Source: Planctomycetota bacterium (GTDB taxonomy: Bacteria; Planctomycetota; UBA8108; UBA1146). From it: a DNA stretch of 59,876 nt. The stretch is taken from contig PAIH01000024.1 in the NCBI GenBank assembly GCA_002711105.1, positions 1 through 59,876 of the forward strand, written 5' to 3'. How positions within the stretch are numbered: the first letter of the stretch is position 1; each line of letters opens with the position of its first letter. Shown here in pieces: positions 17,593 through 26,393 of the stretch. The translations under genes were made by a program, and so were the position numbers. The notes beneath the pieces were generated by a model that was not told where the DNA came from, did not search any database, and saw nothing but the letters and a program-made list of their open reading frames with translations.

Positions 17593-18312
17593 ATGAAACG
17601 ACCGTTCATCGGGATTCCGATGTACCCGCCAGTTCTGGATGAAAACTACACCCTCCCCAGAGGATATGTCGGAGCGGTGAGGCGTGCCGGTGGAACTCCG
17701 TTACCGTTTCCACCCGGCGAACAGGATCCTGATCCGTGGGTCGAGACCCTCGACGGCTTGATCCTGGCAGGTGGCGGGGATGTCGATCCCAGCAATTATC
17801 TCGATGATTTCGATCCCTCGATGGCCTCCTCTCCGCCCGAACGGGTCAACCCGGATCGAGATGGGACCGAACTACAGGTGCTTCAACTGGCGATGGAGAG
17901 AAAAATTCCCATTCTCGCCATATGCCGCGGTTGCCAGCTACTGAACGTGCACCTGGGAGGATCCCTCCATCTTCATGTGCCGGATCAATTCGGCGATCAG
18001 ATCACACATGGGGTTCCAGCTCATTCTTTTGGCAAGCATTCTGTCGAGCTAGTGAGCGGCTCTTCTCTTGAGGCCAAGTTGGAAGCTACTTCTTTCGAGA
18101 TTTTTTCTTCCCATCACCAGGCTGTGGACCGGGTCGCAGAAGGACTGACCGTGGTGGGGAAAGCCCCCGATGGATGCATCGAAGCGGTGGATATGGAGTC
18201 ATACCCCTGGCTGGTTGCGGTGCAATGGCACCCCGAGGAAGGCGCTGAATCCGATCCACTGCAGCAACGCCTGTTCGACCAGCTGGTGGAGGCTACCCGA
18301 GAAACCCGCTGA
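17593..18312 (+). CDS. gamma-glutamyl-gamma-aminobutyrate hydrolase family protein (PuuD-like class I amidotransferase, peptidase C26)
   Basis: Start at ATG 17593 (MKRPFIGIP). Contains GLILAGGGDVDP, the nucleophile motif ILAICRGCQLLNV, and VQWHPE. Confidence 0.85.
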   Translation: MKRPFIGIPMYPPVLDENYTLPRGYVGAVRRAGGTPLPFPPGEQDPDPWVETLDGLILAGGGDVDPSNYLDDFDPSMASSPPERVNPDRDGTELQVLQLAMERKIPILAICRGCQLLNVHLGGSLHLHVPDQFGDQITHGVPAHSFGKHSVELVSGSSLEAKLEATSFEIFSSHHQAVDRVAEGLTVVGKAPDGCIEAVDMESYPWLVAVQWHPEEGAESDPLQQRLFDQLVEATRETR

Positions 18313-18346
18313 GGCTCGGCCTCGCGGAGGAAACTGGAGGAGTCGC

Positions 18347-19120
18347 ATGAGATTGCAGGATCGTGTCGCCCTCATCACGGGCGCAGCCAATGGAATCGGC
18401 AAGGATACTTCCCTGCTGTTCGCCAGCGAGGGAGCCCGGGTCGTAGTGGTCGATATCGACGAATCGGCAGCGGTGAAGGTGGTCGACGAGATCACAAATT
18501 CCGGTGGAGATGCGATCTTCTGTCACGGTGACGTCTCCAGCGCCGCTGACTGTCAAAAAATGATCCAGACCTGTGAAGACCACTTTGGTCGCCTGGATGT
18601 TCTCTTCAACAACGCCGGCATCATGCATGGAGACGATGGAGATGCTGAAAACACCGACGAAGAGATATGGGATCGGACCATGAACATCAACCTGAAAGGT
18701 GTCTTCTTCGGCTGCAAGTATGGCATCCCCGCCATGCGCCGTTCTGGAGGCGGTTCCATCATCAACACCGCCAGTTTCGTCGCGGTCATGGGAGCAGCCA
18801 CACCTCAGCTGGCATACACCGCCAGCAAGGGAGGAGTTCTGGCGCTGACACGTGAACTCTCAGTGATCCACGCCAGGGAAGGAATCCGAGTCAACGCACT
18901 CTGCCCTGGCCCACTGAAGACGGAAATGCTGATGAACTTCCTCGACACCGATGAGAAGAAGCAACGGCGTCTGGTCCACATTCCGATGGGTCGATTCGGC
19001 GAAGCCAAAGAAATGGCGCAAGCCGCACTGTATCTGGCATCGAACGAATCTTCTTACATGACCGGATCAACATTCCTGGTCGACGGCGGCATCACGAGTG
19101 CCTATGTAACCCCGGAATAG
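18347..19120 (+). CDS. SDR family NAD(P)-dependent oxidoreductase
   Basis: Start at ATG 18347 with GGAGGAG upstream. Contains TGAANGIGKD and NNAG, a catalytic YTASK, and PGPLKT. Confidence 0.88.
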   Translation: MRLQDRVALITGAANGIGKDTSLLFASEGARVVVVDIDESAAVKVVDEITNSGGDAIFCHGDVSSAADCQKMIQTCEDHFGRLDVLFNNAGIMHGDDGDAENTDEEIWDRTMNINLKGVFFGCKYGIPAMRRSGGGSIINTASFVAVMGAATPQLAYTASKGGVLALTRELSVIHAREGIRVNALCPGPLKTEMLMNFLDTDEKKQRRLVHIPMGRFGEAKEMAQAALYLASNESSYMTGSTFLVDGGITSAYVTPE

Positions 19121-19127
19121 GAAACCC

Positions 19128-20498
19128 ATGACGCTCGATGTTTCCAACCCCTTTGATGGGTCGCTGGTCTGTTCTCTTGACCATGACAGTGATTCTGATG
19201 TCCAGTACAAGTTACAAGCCGCATATCAATCGCAGCGCATCTGGCGGCAACTCTCAATCGAGAAAAGGATCTCCATCGTCGAACAGGGATTGAGCAACTT
19301 TCGGAACCGGGCGCAGGAGATCGCCACCGAAGTCTCTCTCCAGATGGGGAAACCGATCAGCGAGGCTCGTAATGAAATCGGGACCGTCTTTGATCGAGCT
19401 CATTACATGATCTCGATCGCCAGGGAATCACTGGCTGCCGAGGTATTGCCGGAAAAGGACGGGTTTCATCGCAGGATCGAACACCAACCTCTTGGAGTGG
19501 TTCTCAATCTGGCGGCCTGGAACTATCCCCTCATCATTCCCATCAACGTGGTCGTCCCCGCTCTGGTGGCCGGAAATACAGTACTGATCAAGCACAGCGC
19601 ACGGACTCCTCTGTCGGGAAAAGCTTACGAACAGGCCTTCGATAACCTGGAGATCCCGGGCCTGGTGACAAACCTGATCCTGGGCCACGACCAGACCGCC
19701 AAACTGATCTCAGACAAGAGAATCGCCCATGTCGCCTTCACCGGTTCTGTAGCAGGAGGGGCTGCCGTGCACAATGAAGCATCGAAACGCTTCATCGACT
19801 GTGGACTGGAACTGGGCGGGAACGATCCGGCATACATCGCTGAAGACGCTGATCTTCCCTTTGCCAGCGAAAACGTGGTCGAGGGAGCCTGTTACAATGC
19901 CGGGCAATCGTGCTGTGCGGTGGAAAGAGTATATGTCCATCATTCCCAACTGGACGAATTCGTCTCGGCATCACTCGAGGCGATGGCCGCTCTACAGATG
20001 GGAAATCCACTCGATGATTCGACCACACTCGGCCCCCTGGTCGGATCGAAGGCGCTCGATCAACTGGAAGCACAGGTCCAGGATGCCCTACAGCGAGGAG
20101 CCACCGTGGTCTGTGGCGGAAAACGCGTTCCAGGCGAAAAGGGAAATTTCTTTCCCCCGACCCTGATCGTGGGTGCCCCCAACGATTCGCTCGTGATGCA
20201 GGAGGAGAGTTTCGGACCAATCCTACCGATACTCTCGGTCGACACCGATGAAGAAGCTCTCGAGCGGATGAACGACAACCGCTATGGCCTGACCGCTTCG
20301 GTATGGACACGCGATCAGGAAAGAGCAGAACACTTTGCCCAGCATCTGGAAACCGGCACCGTTTTCCAGAATCGATGTGACTACCTGGATCCCGCACTAC
20401 CCTGGACCGGAGTCGGCGACAGCGGCAAGGGATCGACTCTGTCACGCCACGGCTACTTCCACCTCACACGCCGAAAAGCGATCCACTTTCGACTCTGA
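19128..20498 (+). CDS. NAD-dependent aldehyde dehydrogenase family protein
   Basis: 456 aa. Contains FTGSVAGG, ELGGNDP, the catalytic-Cys region NAGQSCCAVERVYV, and QEESFGPILP. Confidence 0.9.
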   Translation: MTLDVSNPFDGSLVCSLDHDSDSDVQYKLQAAYQSQRIWRQLSIEKRISIVEQGLSNFRNRAQEIATEVSLQMGKPISEARNEIGTVFDRAHYMISIARESLAAEVLPEKDGFHRRIEHQPLGVVLNLAAWNYPLIIPINVVVPALVAGNTVLIKHSARTPLSGKAYEQAFDNLEIPGLVTNLILGHDQTAKLISDKRIAHVAFTGSVAGGAAVHNEASKRFIDCGLELGGNDPAYIAEDADLPFASENVVEGACYNAGQSCCAVERVYVHHSQLDEFVSASLEAMAALQMGNPLDDSTTLGPLVGSKALDQLEAQVQDALQRGATVVCGGKRVPGEKGNFFPPTLIVGAPNDSLVMQEESFGPILPILSVDTDEEALERMNDNRYGLTASVWTRDQERAEHFAQHLETGTVFQNRCDYLDPALPWTGVGDSGKGSTLSRHGYFHLTRRKAIHFRL

Positions 20499-20517
20499 AT
20501 CGAAAAGGTCAGCCAAC

Positions 20518-20551
20518 AAAAAAGGCCCTCGCAACTTTCGTCACGAGGACC
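20518..20551 (-). terminator. probable intrinsic terminator for the minus-strand Gfo/Idh/MocA gene
   Basis: On the minus strand: GGUCCUCG, a 12-nt loop, CGAGGGCC (one mismatch), then UUUUUU (A-run 20518-20523 on the plus strand). Confidence 0.5.
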
Positions 20552-20561
20552 TCGCGGGTCG

Positions 20562-20595
20562 CCGCTGCCCGTACGGACAGCGGTTATTTCTCTTC
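20562..20595 (+). terminator. probable intrinsic terminator for the plus-strand amine-catabolic operon
   Basis: CCGCUG-cCCGUACGGa-CAGCGG hairpin followed by UUAUUUCUCUUC. Confidence 0.5.
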
Positions 20596-20605
20596 CTGTC
20601 GTTAA

Positions 20606-21922
20606 TTACAGAAACTTCGTGGTTCCAGGTCGTGGGACCTCCACCACGGGAGCAGGCCCAAACTCATACACGGGCGGAGCCAGATCCTGCTCACTCGTTA
20701 TCATATCGTCCCAGGTTATGGTTTTCCCGGTGTATGCACAGGTTCTTCCCAGGATCGAAGCCAAGGTACTATCACACATGTACTCACCGTTGTTGATTCT
20801 TTCGCGCTCTCCCTTGACGGAGCGGAACAACTCTTTCCATTCAGCGTCATACATCTCGTTGGGCGATCCGTCGAAACGCCATTTAACCTCACCGTCGATC
20901 CGGTGATTCTGAATCGCAGCGGTGCCACGGGTTCCATACACGTAGTCACTGACCTCACCATCGGCCCCAGGCCACTGCCTACAGGAGTGGAACAATTTGG
21001 TTCCATCTTCCCATTCAAAAACAGTGTTGAAGTGATCGTAAATATCGCCCCACTTTTCATCGGTGCGAACGGTACGGCCGCCACTGGCAGAACACTTCAT
21101 CGGCGGCACATCCTTCATCGCCCACATGATCTTATCGATACTATGGATGCTCTGTTCGGTGATGTGGTCACCACTGAGCCAATGGAAGTAGAGCCAGTTA
21201 CGAATCTGGTACTCCATCTCGGTCCACTCATCCTTGCGCCCACGATGCCACAGCCCACCTGTGTTGTAGGTACACTGCAACGAAACGATGTCTCCAATCG
21301 ACCCATCATGGATGCGTGCGATGGTTTCCTGTTTGGCATCCTGGTATCGATAGCAGAGTCCACTGACAACTGTGAGCCCCTTCTCGTCAGCCTGTCGACA
21401 TGCTTCTCGTACCCGCGCCACTCCGGGGGCATCGGTAGCGATGGGCTTCTCCGCGAAGATGTGCTTCCCGGCAGCAACCGCCTTCTCGATCTGTTGCGGA
21501 CGAAAATGCGGAGTCGAGGCAAGAATCACGACATCGCAGCAATCTGTGACCTTTTCAAATGCGTCCCATCCGGCGAATCGTCGCTCCTCGGGAACATCGA
21601 TGCGATCAGCATGATCTTCATCTAGAAGGTTCTTGTGCGAGCTATCGACCCGATCACCAAAGAGATCTCCCATCGCAACCAGCTTTGCGCGTGGTTCCAC
21701 ATTCAGAGCATTGGTCACTGCTCCGGTACCACGCCCTCCACAGCCGACCAACCCGACACGGATGGTGTCATCGACACTATTGTGAAAACTGGACGGAAAA
21801 GCATGCAAGGAAGTGGAACCGAGTGCAGCTGCGGCAAGAGCTCCTCCCGATGCACTCAGAAATACCCGTCGATCGATACTGGAAGGACGATTAGAAGAAT
21901 TGCTCTGGACTTGATCGCTCAT
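20606..21922 (-). CDS. TAT-exported Gfo/Idh/MocA family oxidoreductase
   Basis: Twin-arginine signal SIDRRVFLSASGGALAAAALG, and Rossmann motif VGLVGCGGRGTGA. 438 aa. Confidence 0.85.
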   Translation of the reverse strand: MSDQVQSNSSNRPSSIDRRVFLSASGGALAAAALGSTSLHAFPSSFHNSVDDTIRVGLVGCGGRGTGAVTNALNVEPRAKLVAMGDLFGDRVDSSHKNLLDEDHADRIDVPEERRFAGWDAFEKVTDCCDVVILASTPHFRPQQIEKAVAAGKHIFAEKPIATDAPGVARVREACRQADEKGLTVVSGLCYRYQDAKQETIARIHDGSIGDIVSLQCTYNTGGLWHRGRKDEWTEMEYQIRNWLYFHWLSGDHITEQSIHSIDKIMWAMKDVPPMKCSASGGRTVRTDEKWGDIYDHFNTVFEWEDGTKLFHSCRQWPGADGEVSDYVYGTRGTAAIQNHRIDGEVKWRFDGSPNEMYDAEWKELFRSVKGERERINNGEYMCDSTLASILGRTCAYTGKTITWDDMITSEQDLAPPVYEFGPAPVVEVPRPGTTKFL

Positions 21923-22014
21923 CGAGCGCCTCTCTTTCGAAGGAGGTCCCCTGAAGCCCTCTGGGGTCCCTTTTATGGTACTGACCGAAGTGACTCTCCT
22001 CCACCACCCGGTGG

Positions 22015-23079
22015 TCAGTGATTGGGATATCCTGGGAAAACTCCGAGTACCCGGGGCGGGCCTCCCACCGGATCAAAGAGCAGCGCAGAACTGCCAGGAA
22101 ACCTGTCGAGGAGCTTCCCTGCCTCTTTCTCATCGAGAACAGAAATGGCCGTAGCCAGGGCATCTGCGGTGGTTCCATCCGCAGCATGAACCGTTACCGC
22201 ATGGGGTCCAGGAACTCCTAATCCGGTGGCGGGATCGAGAATGTGACTGTATCTCTTGCCCTCGATCTCGACGAATCGAGAGGCGTCCCCACTGGTCGCC
22301 ACCGCACCCCTGCTACCGATGACCACCCGGATCACTCGATCGCTATCGGTGTCATTCCCAACACCGGCGGGCTGAAGTTCTAGCCGCCAACCTTCCTGAT
22401 CAGGAGGTGGGAAACCCAGAGAGATGTCTCCGCCCCCATCGACGAGAATATGCTTGATCCCTTGCGCTTCCATCACTTTCAGCGCCGCATCCACGGCATA
22501 GCCCTTGGCGATCCCCCCCAGATCGATAGCGATCCCTTCGCGCAACAGCTGCACTGTCCTGGCATCGCTATCGATGACGATCCCATCGATACCGATGGTC
22601 TGCCGGGCTCGTTGCAACTCATCGAGACGTGGCAACCTGCCCGCCTGCTGGCATCGTCTCCACAGTCTCACCAACGTCCCGACGGTAGGATCGAAGGCAC
22701 CACCACTGACGCGGGAGATCTCGATGGCTCGTGAAAGAACCTCGATCAATTCTTCGCTAGCCTTGACAGGGTAGTCACTGGGAGCCGTACGACACAGCTG
22801 TCGAATCTCACTATCAGATTTCCAGTCGGAACAGATATTTTCGATGCGATCGATCGTTCCCATCGCGAGCCGTGCGGCTCGTTCCACCTGCTGTGGGTTT
22901 CGATGGTAGGCGACGATGCGGAACCGGGTCCCCATGGCGGCGTGTTCAATTTCCACCTTTTGCAGAGGTCCCTGGCAACCCCAGATCGCCAGCAGCAGGG
23001 AAAGCCACCAAATCCTCTTTACCAGCAAGTGAGTGAACACCCGGGACATCTGGACGGGGGTGGCCAAGTGAGACATCAT
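22015..23079 (-). CDS. apbE: FAD:protein FMN transferase (ApbE family), probable lipoprotein
   Basis: Contains AMGTRFRI, SDSEI, FDPTVG, LGGIAKGYAVD, VDGGGD, and SGDASRF...SHILDPATG. The signal/lipobox-like N-terminus ends in LLLAIWGC. Start is ambiguous: ATG at 23079, 23076 or 23049. Confidence 0.85.
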   Translation of the reverse strand: MMSHLATPVQMSRVFTHLLVKRIWWLSLLLAIWGCQGPLQKVEIEHAAMGTRFRIVAYHRNPQQVERAARLAMGTIDRIENICSDWKSDSEIRQLCRTAPSDYPVKASEELIEVLSRAIEISRVSGGAFDPTVGTLVRLWRRCQQAGRLPRLDELQRARQTIGIDGIVIDSDARTVQLLREGIAIDLGGIAKGYAVDAALKVMEAQGIKHILVDGGGDISLGFPPPDQEGWRLELQPAGVGNDTDSDRVIRVVIGSRGAVATSGDASRFVEIEGKRYSHILDPATGLGVPGPHAVTVHAADGTTADALATAISVLDEKEAGKLLDRFPGSSALLFDPVGGPPRVLGVFPGYPNH

Positions 23080-23154
23080 GTCTCCCTTGTACCCCCCAAG
23101 GGCACTTCGGACACCCTTCACTTGTTGGGTTAGTTTCCGCGGTCCCCCGGAAGG

Positions 23155-24300
23155 ATGCCGTTGAATCCGTTGATCCTCACACTCTGGCTCTGTCATGGTC
23201 CTCTCTTCACGGCACTGCAAGAACCGCCCGCTCCGGTGCTGGAGAGTTACACCGAAAAGATACCCGGATCCGAAATCGAGATCACCTGGATTGCCATCCC
23301 GGTGGGACAGAAGGGATATCCAGAGTCGATCCGCATCGGATCACCCGAACAGGAGTCGGGACGTAACGAAGATGAAGGCCCCACCTGGACCCTGGAGGTC
23401 AAACCGTTCTGGATCATGAAATGCGAAGTGACCTGGGATGCGTTCGATCTGTTTCGCGAGCAATATGGAATTCTGCAACAGGATCGCGTTTCTTCTGACA
23501 AGGTGGACGACAAAACCTGGGCGGATGCTGTCAGCATTCCGACTCCCCTCTGGGAGCAAGATTCTCGACCGATCCTCGAAGGGCTGGGGACCGGAGGAGG
23601 ATATCCGGTCGCCGATATCACCCAGTTCGCAGCGATGCAATTCTCGAAGTGGCTATCGCGAAAAACAGGCAAAGTGTTACGTCTACCGACAGAAGCGGAA
23701 TGGGAATATGCGGCACGCTGCGGTCAGGAGACCGCATACTCGTTCGGAGATGATCCCGCGCGGTTGTCCGAGTTCGCCTGGCACTTTGACAACAGTGAAT
23801 ATGACGACCCGGATCTGGGTTTCCCGGGACTGGGAGCTGGATACCGCAAGGTTGGAACCCTGGCGGCGAACCGGTGGGGAATCCATGACCTGTACGGCAA
23901 TGTGGCAGAATGGACTCTCGACGGCTACCAGGCTCAGGCTTATGCAACAAGATCGGGAAAGACCCTGTCAGAGAAGGAGACTGTGATCTGGCCCGCGAAA
24001 ATCTGGCCAGCAGTGGTGCGAGGAGGTTCCTGGCAGGACGATCCTGAGCGATGCCGGTCGGCGGCTCGGTTACCCTCGACTCGAAAGTGGCAAAAGAGAG
24101 ATCCACAGATCCCCAAGAGCATCTGGTGGTGCACCGATGCCTTTCATGTCGGTTTCCGACTGGTTCGGCCGATGACAGCACTGGAAGCAACAGAGCGATG
24201 GTGGAATCCACAAGTGGAATCGATCCAGCGTCAACTCAAGGAGGGCTACAAGGAACTCAGGGTCCCCATCAGCAAAACAGATGCGAGTAAGGATGATTAG
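23155..24300 (+). CDS. formylglycine-generating enzyme (SUMF1/FGE-sulfatase domain) family protein, secreted
   Basis: Contains RLPTEAEWEYAARCG, GIHDLYGNVAEWTLD, and VVRGGSW...RCRSAAR. Hydrophobic N-terminus. Confidence 0.85.
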   Translation: MPLNPLILTLWLCHGPLFTALQEPPAPVLESYTEKIPGSEIEITWIAIPVGQKGYPESIRIGSPEQESGRNEDEGPTWTLEVKPFWIMKCEVTWDAFDLFREQYGILQQDRVSSDKVDDKTWADAVSIPTPLWEQDSRPILEGLGTGGGYPVADITQFAAMQFSKWLSRKTGKVLRLPTEAEWEYAARCGQETAYSFGDDPARLSEFAWHFDNSEYDDPDLGFPGLGAGYRKVGTLAANRWGIHDLYGNVAEWTLDGYQAQAYATRSGKTLSEKETVIWPAKIWPAVVRGGSWQDDPERCRSAARLPSTRKWQKRDPQIPKSIWWCTDAFHVGFRLVRPMTALEATERWWNPQVESIQRQLKEGYKELRVPISKTDASKDD

Positions 24301-25999
24301 GTCCCTTTTTGTTCTGTTTCTGACCCTGAGCCTGTGCGGGGATCTGTCCCTGTTCGCCCAGGATTCCAGCTGGAAACGCACCGATTCTGATTCGCCGTAC
24401 TTCCACCGCATCCAGTTAAGAGATTCCTCGGGCCGGGTCATCGATCCCAGTACCCCAGACGCTTCCGATCCCGATCTCTCGAAAACCTGTGCTCCATGTC
24501 ATGACATGAATGCTGCAGCCGGCGGATTGCATGCCGGGGCTGGACCGGATACCCGAGCCGGTGAACCCTGGTTTCTGATCGACACTCGCAGTGCCACCTG
24601 CCTACCAGTCCACAACAGATCATGGCCCGGTGTATACAATCCCGAGGAGCTTGGAATCGATGGGACAAGTTGGACCAAAACCTTCGGTCGGCATGACACC
24701 GGCGGTAATGCTGGTAAAACCGAAGCTGGATCTGACTGTCTCGTGTGCCATCTCGCCAGTGGTTATGACTTTGCCAGGAGAATCGAACGCTTCGATGCAG
24801 GTGAAGCATCCCTGGCCACCTTCATCGCCGCAGGTTTGATGGATACCGCCGGGAACTACGACCTTCCCCGGTTCGACAGCGAAGGACGAATCGAACTCGA
24901 CCTGCTGTCCGATGCAGGCCCGGCTGCCTGTCTCCCGTGCCACACCGTGAGAAACCTCGAAACCACTGGAAATCGTAGCTGGCTTCACGATGCAGACATT
25001 CACCTTGCCGCTGGCATGACCTGTGTCGATTGCCATCGATCAGGAATTGATCACCACATCGTTCGAGGATACGAGGGAGAATCTCATCCGACAGGGACAG
25101 ATATTTCCTCTCTCAGTTGTCGCGGTTGCCACATGGGAACTGAAGGAGGCCACCTGGGGGCTCCCAAGCCGCTCCACGCTGGTCTTCCCCCATTCCATCT
25201 CGATGAGATCCATTGCACCGGCTGTCATTCAGGTCCGGTTCCAGAATTGACCGGCATTCGACAATGGACGTCACGCGCCCATCGCCTCGGCGAACCGAGC
25301 CAGAAACGGTTCCTGACAACACCACCTCGCATCATCTCCGCTGGCATCGACAAGGACGACTCGAACAAACTGGGCCCGGTTCGTCTGGCATGGCCGGCTG
25401 GCTGGGGATTTGTCGATGAAGCCGGCAACCTGAAACCACTCCTGCCCGACCAGTTACGTCAACCACTGCGGAAAGCTCTCCGTGTGAGGGCTGATCTGGT
25501 GGGAGAACTGGCTGCCAAGCTGGGCGACAAGAACGCGACCGAGATGATCGATGCCGCACTGCTTCAGATCGACGAATCGATCGATGAGGTGGGTGTGCCT
25601 GTGTTGATTACTGGTGGCCGCGTGCTCGCCAGTGACGGCAACGGAGGACTGGCTGAAGTCAATTCCAACGCAGCCAATCCGATAAGTTGGCCCATCGCGC
25701 ACCCGGTTCGCCCAGCAAGAACAGCAGTAGGTGCCGGCGGTTGCGCAGATTGCCACTCCAGTACCAGTCACTGGCTCTCTACGGCGATAGGACCGCTTTC
25801 GATGGTTCCACTTCCTGGCACCCCCGCCGCCACCAGTCCGCTGGATAACGATGTCGTTGATCGAGAACGGTGGCTTAGCTGGTCGTTTCTGTTCAAGGGC
25901 CGAGATGCGGCAAAGATCTACTATTCACTTTGCTCTGTGCTGGCCATCTCCGGTGGCCTACTGGCTCTGTGGCGTTCCCTGGCACAGGAGCCACGATGA
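24281..25999 (+). CDS. multiheme (7 x CXXCH) c-type cytochrome with a C-terminal TM anchor
   Basis: Signal peptide MRVRMIRSLFVLFLTLSLCG. Seven heme-binding motifs: CAPCH, CLVCH, CLPCH, CVDCH, CRGCH, CTGCH, CADCH. C-terminal hydrophobic helix IYYSLCSVLAISGGLLALW. Overlaps the FGE gene by 20 nt. Confidence 0.8.
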   Translation: MRVRMIRSLFVLFLTLSLCGDLSLFAQDSSWKRTDSDSPYFHRIQLRDSSGRVIDPSTPDASDPDLSKTCAPCHDMNAAAGGLHAGAGPDTRAGEPWFLIDTRSATCLPVHNRSWPGVYNPEELGIDGTSWTKTFGRHDTGGNAGKTEAGSDCLVCHLASGYDFARRIERFDAGEASLATFIAAGLMDTAGNYDLPRFDSEGRIELDLLSDAGPAACLPCHTVRNLETTGNRSWLHDADIHLAAGMTCVDCHRSGIDHHIVRGYEGESHPTGTDISSLSCRGCHMGTEGGHLGAPKPLHAGLPPFHLDEIHCTGCHSGPVPELTGIRQWTSRAHRLGEPSQKRFLTTPPRIISAGIDKDDSNKLGPVRLAWPAGWGFVDEAGNLKPLLPDQLRQPLRKALRVRADLVGELAAKLGDKNATEMIDAALLQIDESIDEVGVPVLITGGRVLASDGNGGLAEVNSNAANPISWPIAHPVRPARTAVGAGGCADCHSSTSHWLSTAIGPLSMVPLPGTPAATSPLDNDVVDRERWLSWSFLFKGRDAAKIYYSLCSVLAISGGLLALWRSLAQEPR

Positions 26000-26358
26000 A
26001 GAAGTGGCTTTCGCTCCTGACCCTGTTGCTGCTTCTACTGGCGGCACTCAGTTCGATCCCGGCGTTACCACTGAATGTCGATCTTCGAGGTCGCTGGCTT
26101 CAGGTACACCTGCTCGTTGCCGCACCTCTGGCCTTCCTCATCGTCGTTCAGATCTGGTGGCTTCAGATCCCGATGAATCCGCTGAAAGCAGCAGCATGGC
26201 TCAGCGTCAGCACGGGACTGGGACTGATCGTGGTCCCGCTGCTGGGACTCACCGGAACCGAATCGACACACCTGTGGATCCAGAGCCATGGCTGGCTGTC
26301 GCTTCTTGGTGTCGGGTTGCTCGGTTTTTCTGCGGCACGCGCGTTTCGAAAAGGCTGA
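25996..26358 (+). CDS. small integral membrane protein (about 4 TM helices), hypothetical
   Basis: ATGA overlap with the cytochrome stop codon. MKKWLSLLTLLLLLLAALSS... is followed by three more hydrophobic segments. Confidence 0.55.
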   Translation: MKKWLSLLTLLLLLLAALSSIPALPLNVDLRGRWLQVHLLVAAPLAFLIVVQIWWLQIPMNPLKAAAWLSVSTGLGLIVVPLLGLTGTESTHLWIQSHGWLSLLGVGLLGFSAARAFRKG

Positions 26359-26393
26359 AGAAAATCAATTCGTGAATCGTAACTGACTTCAAC

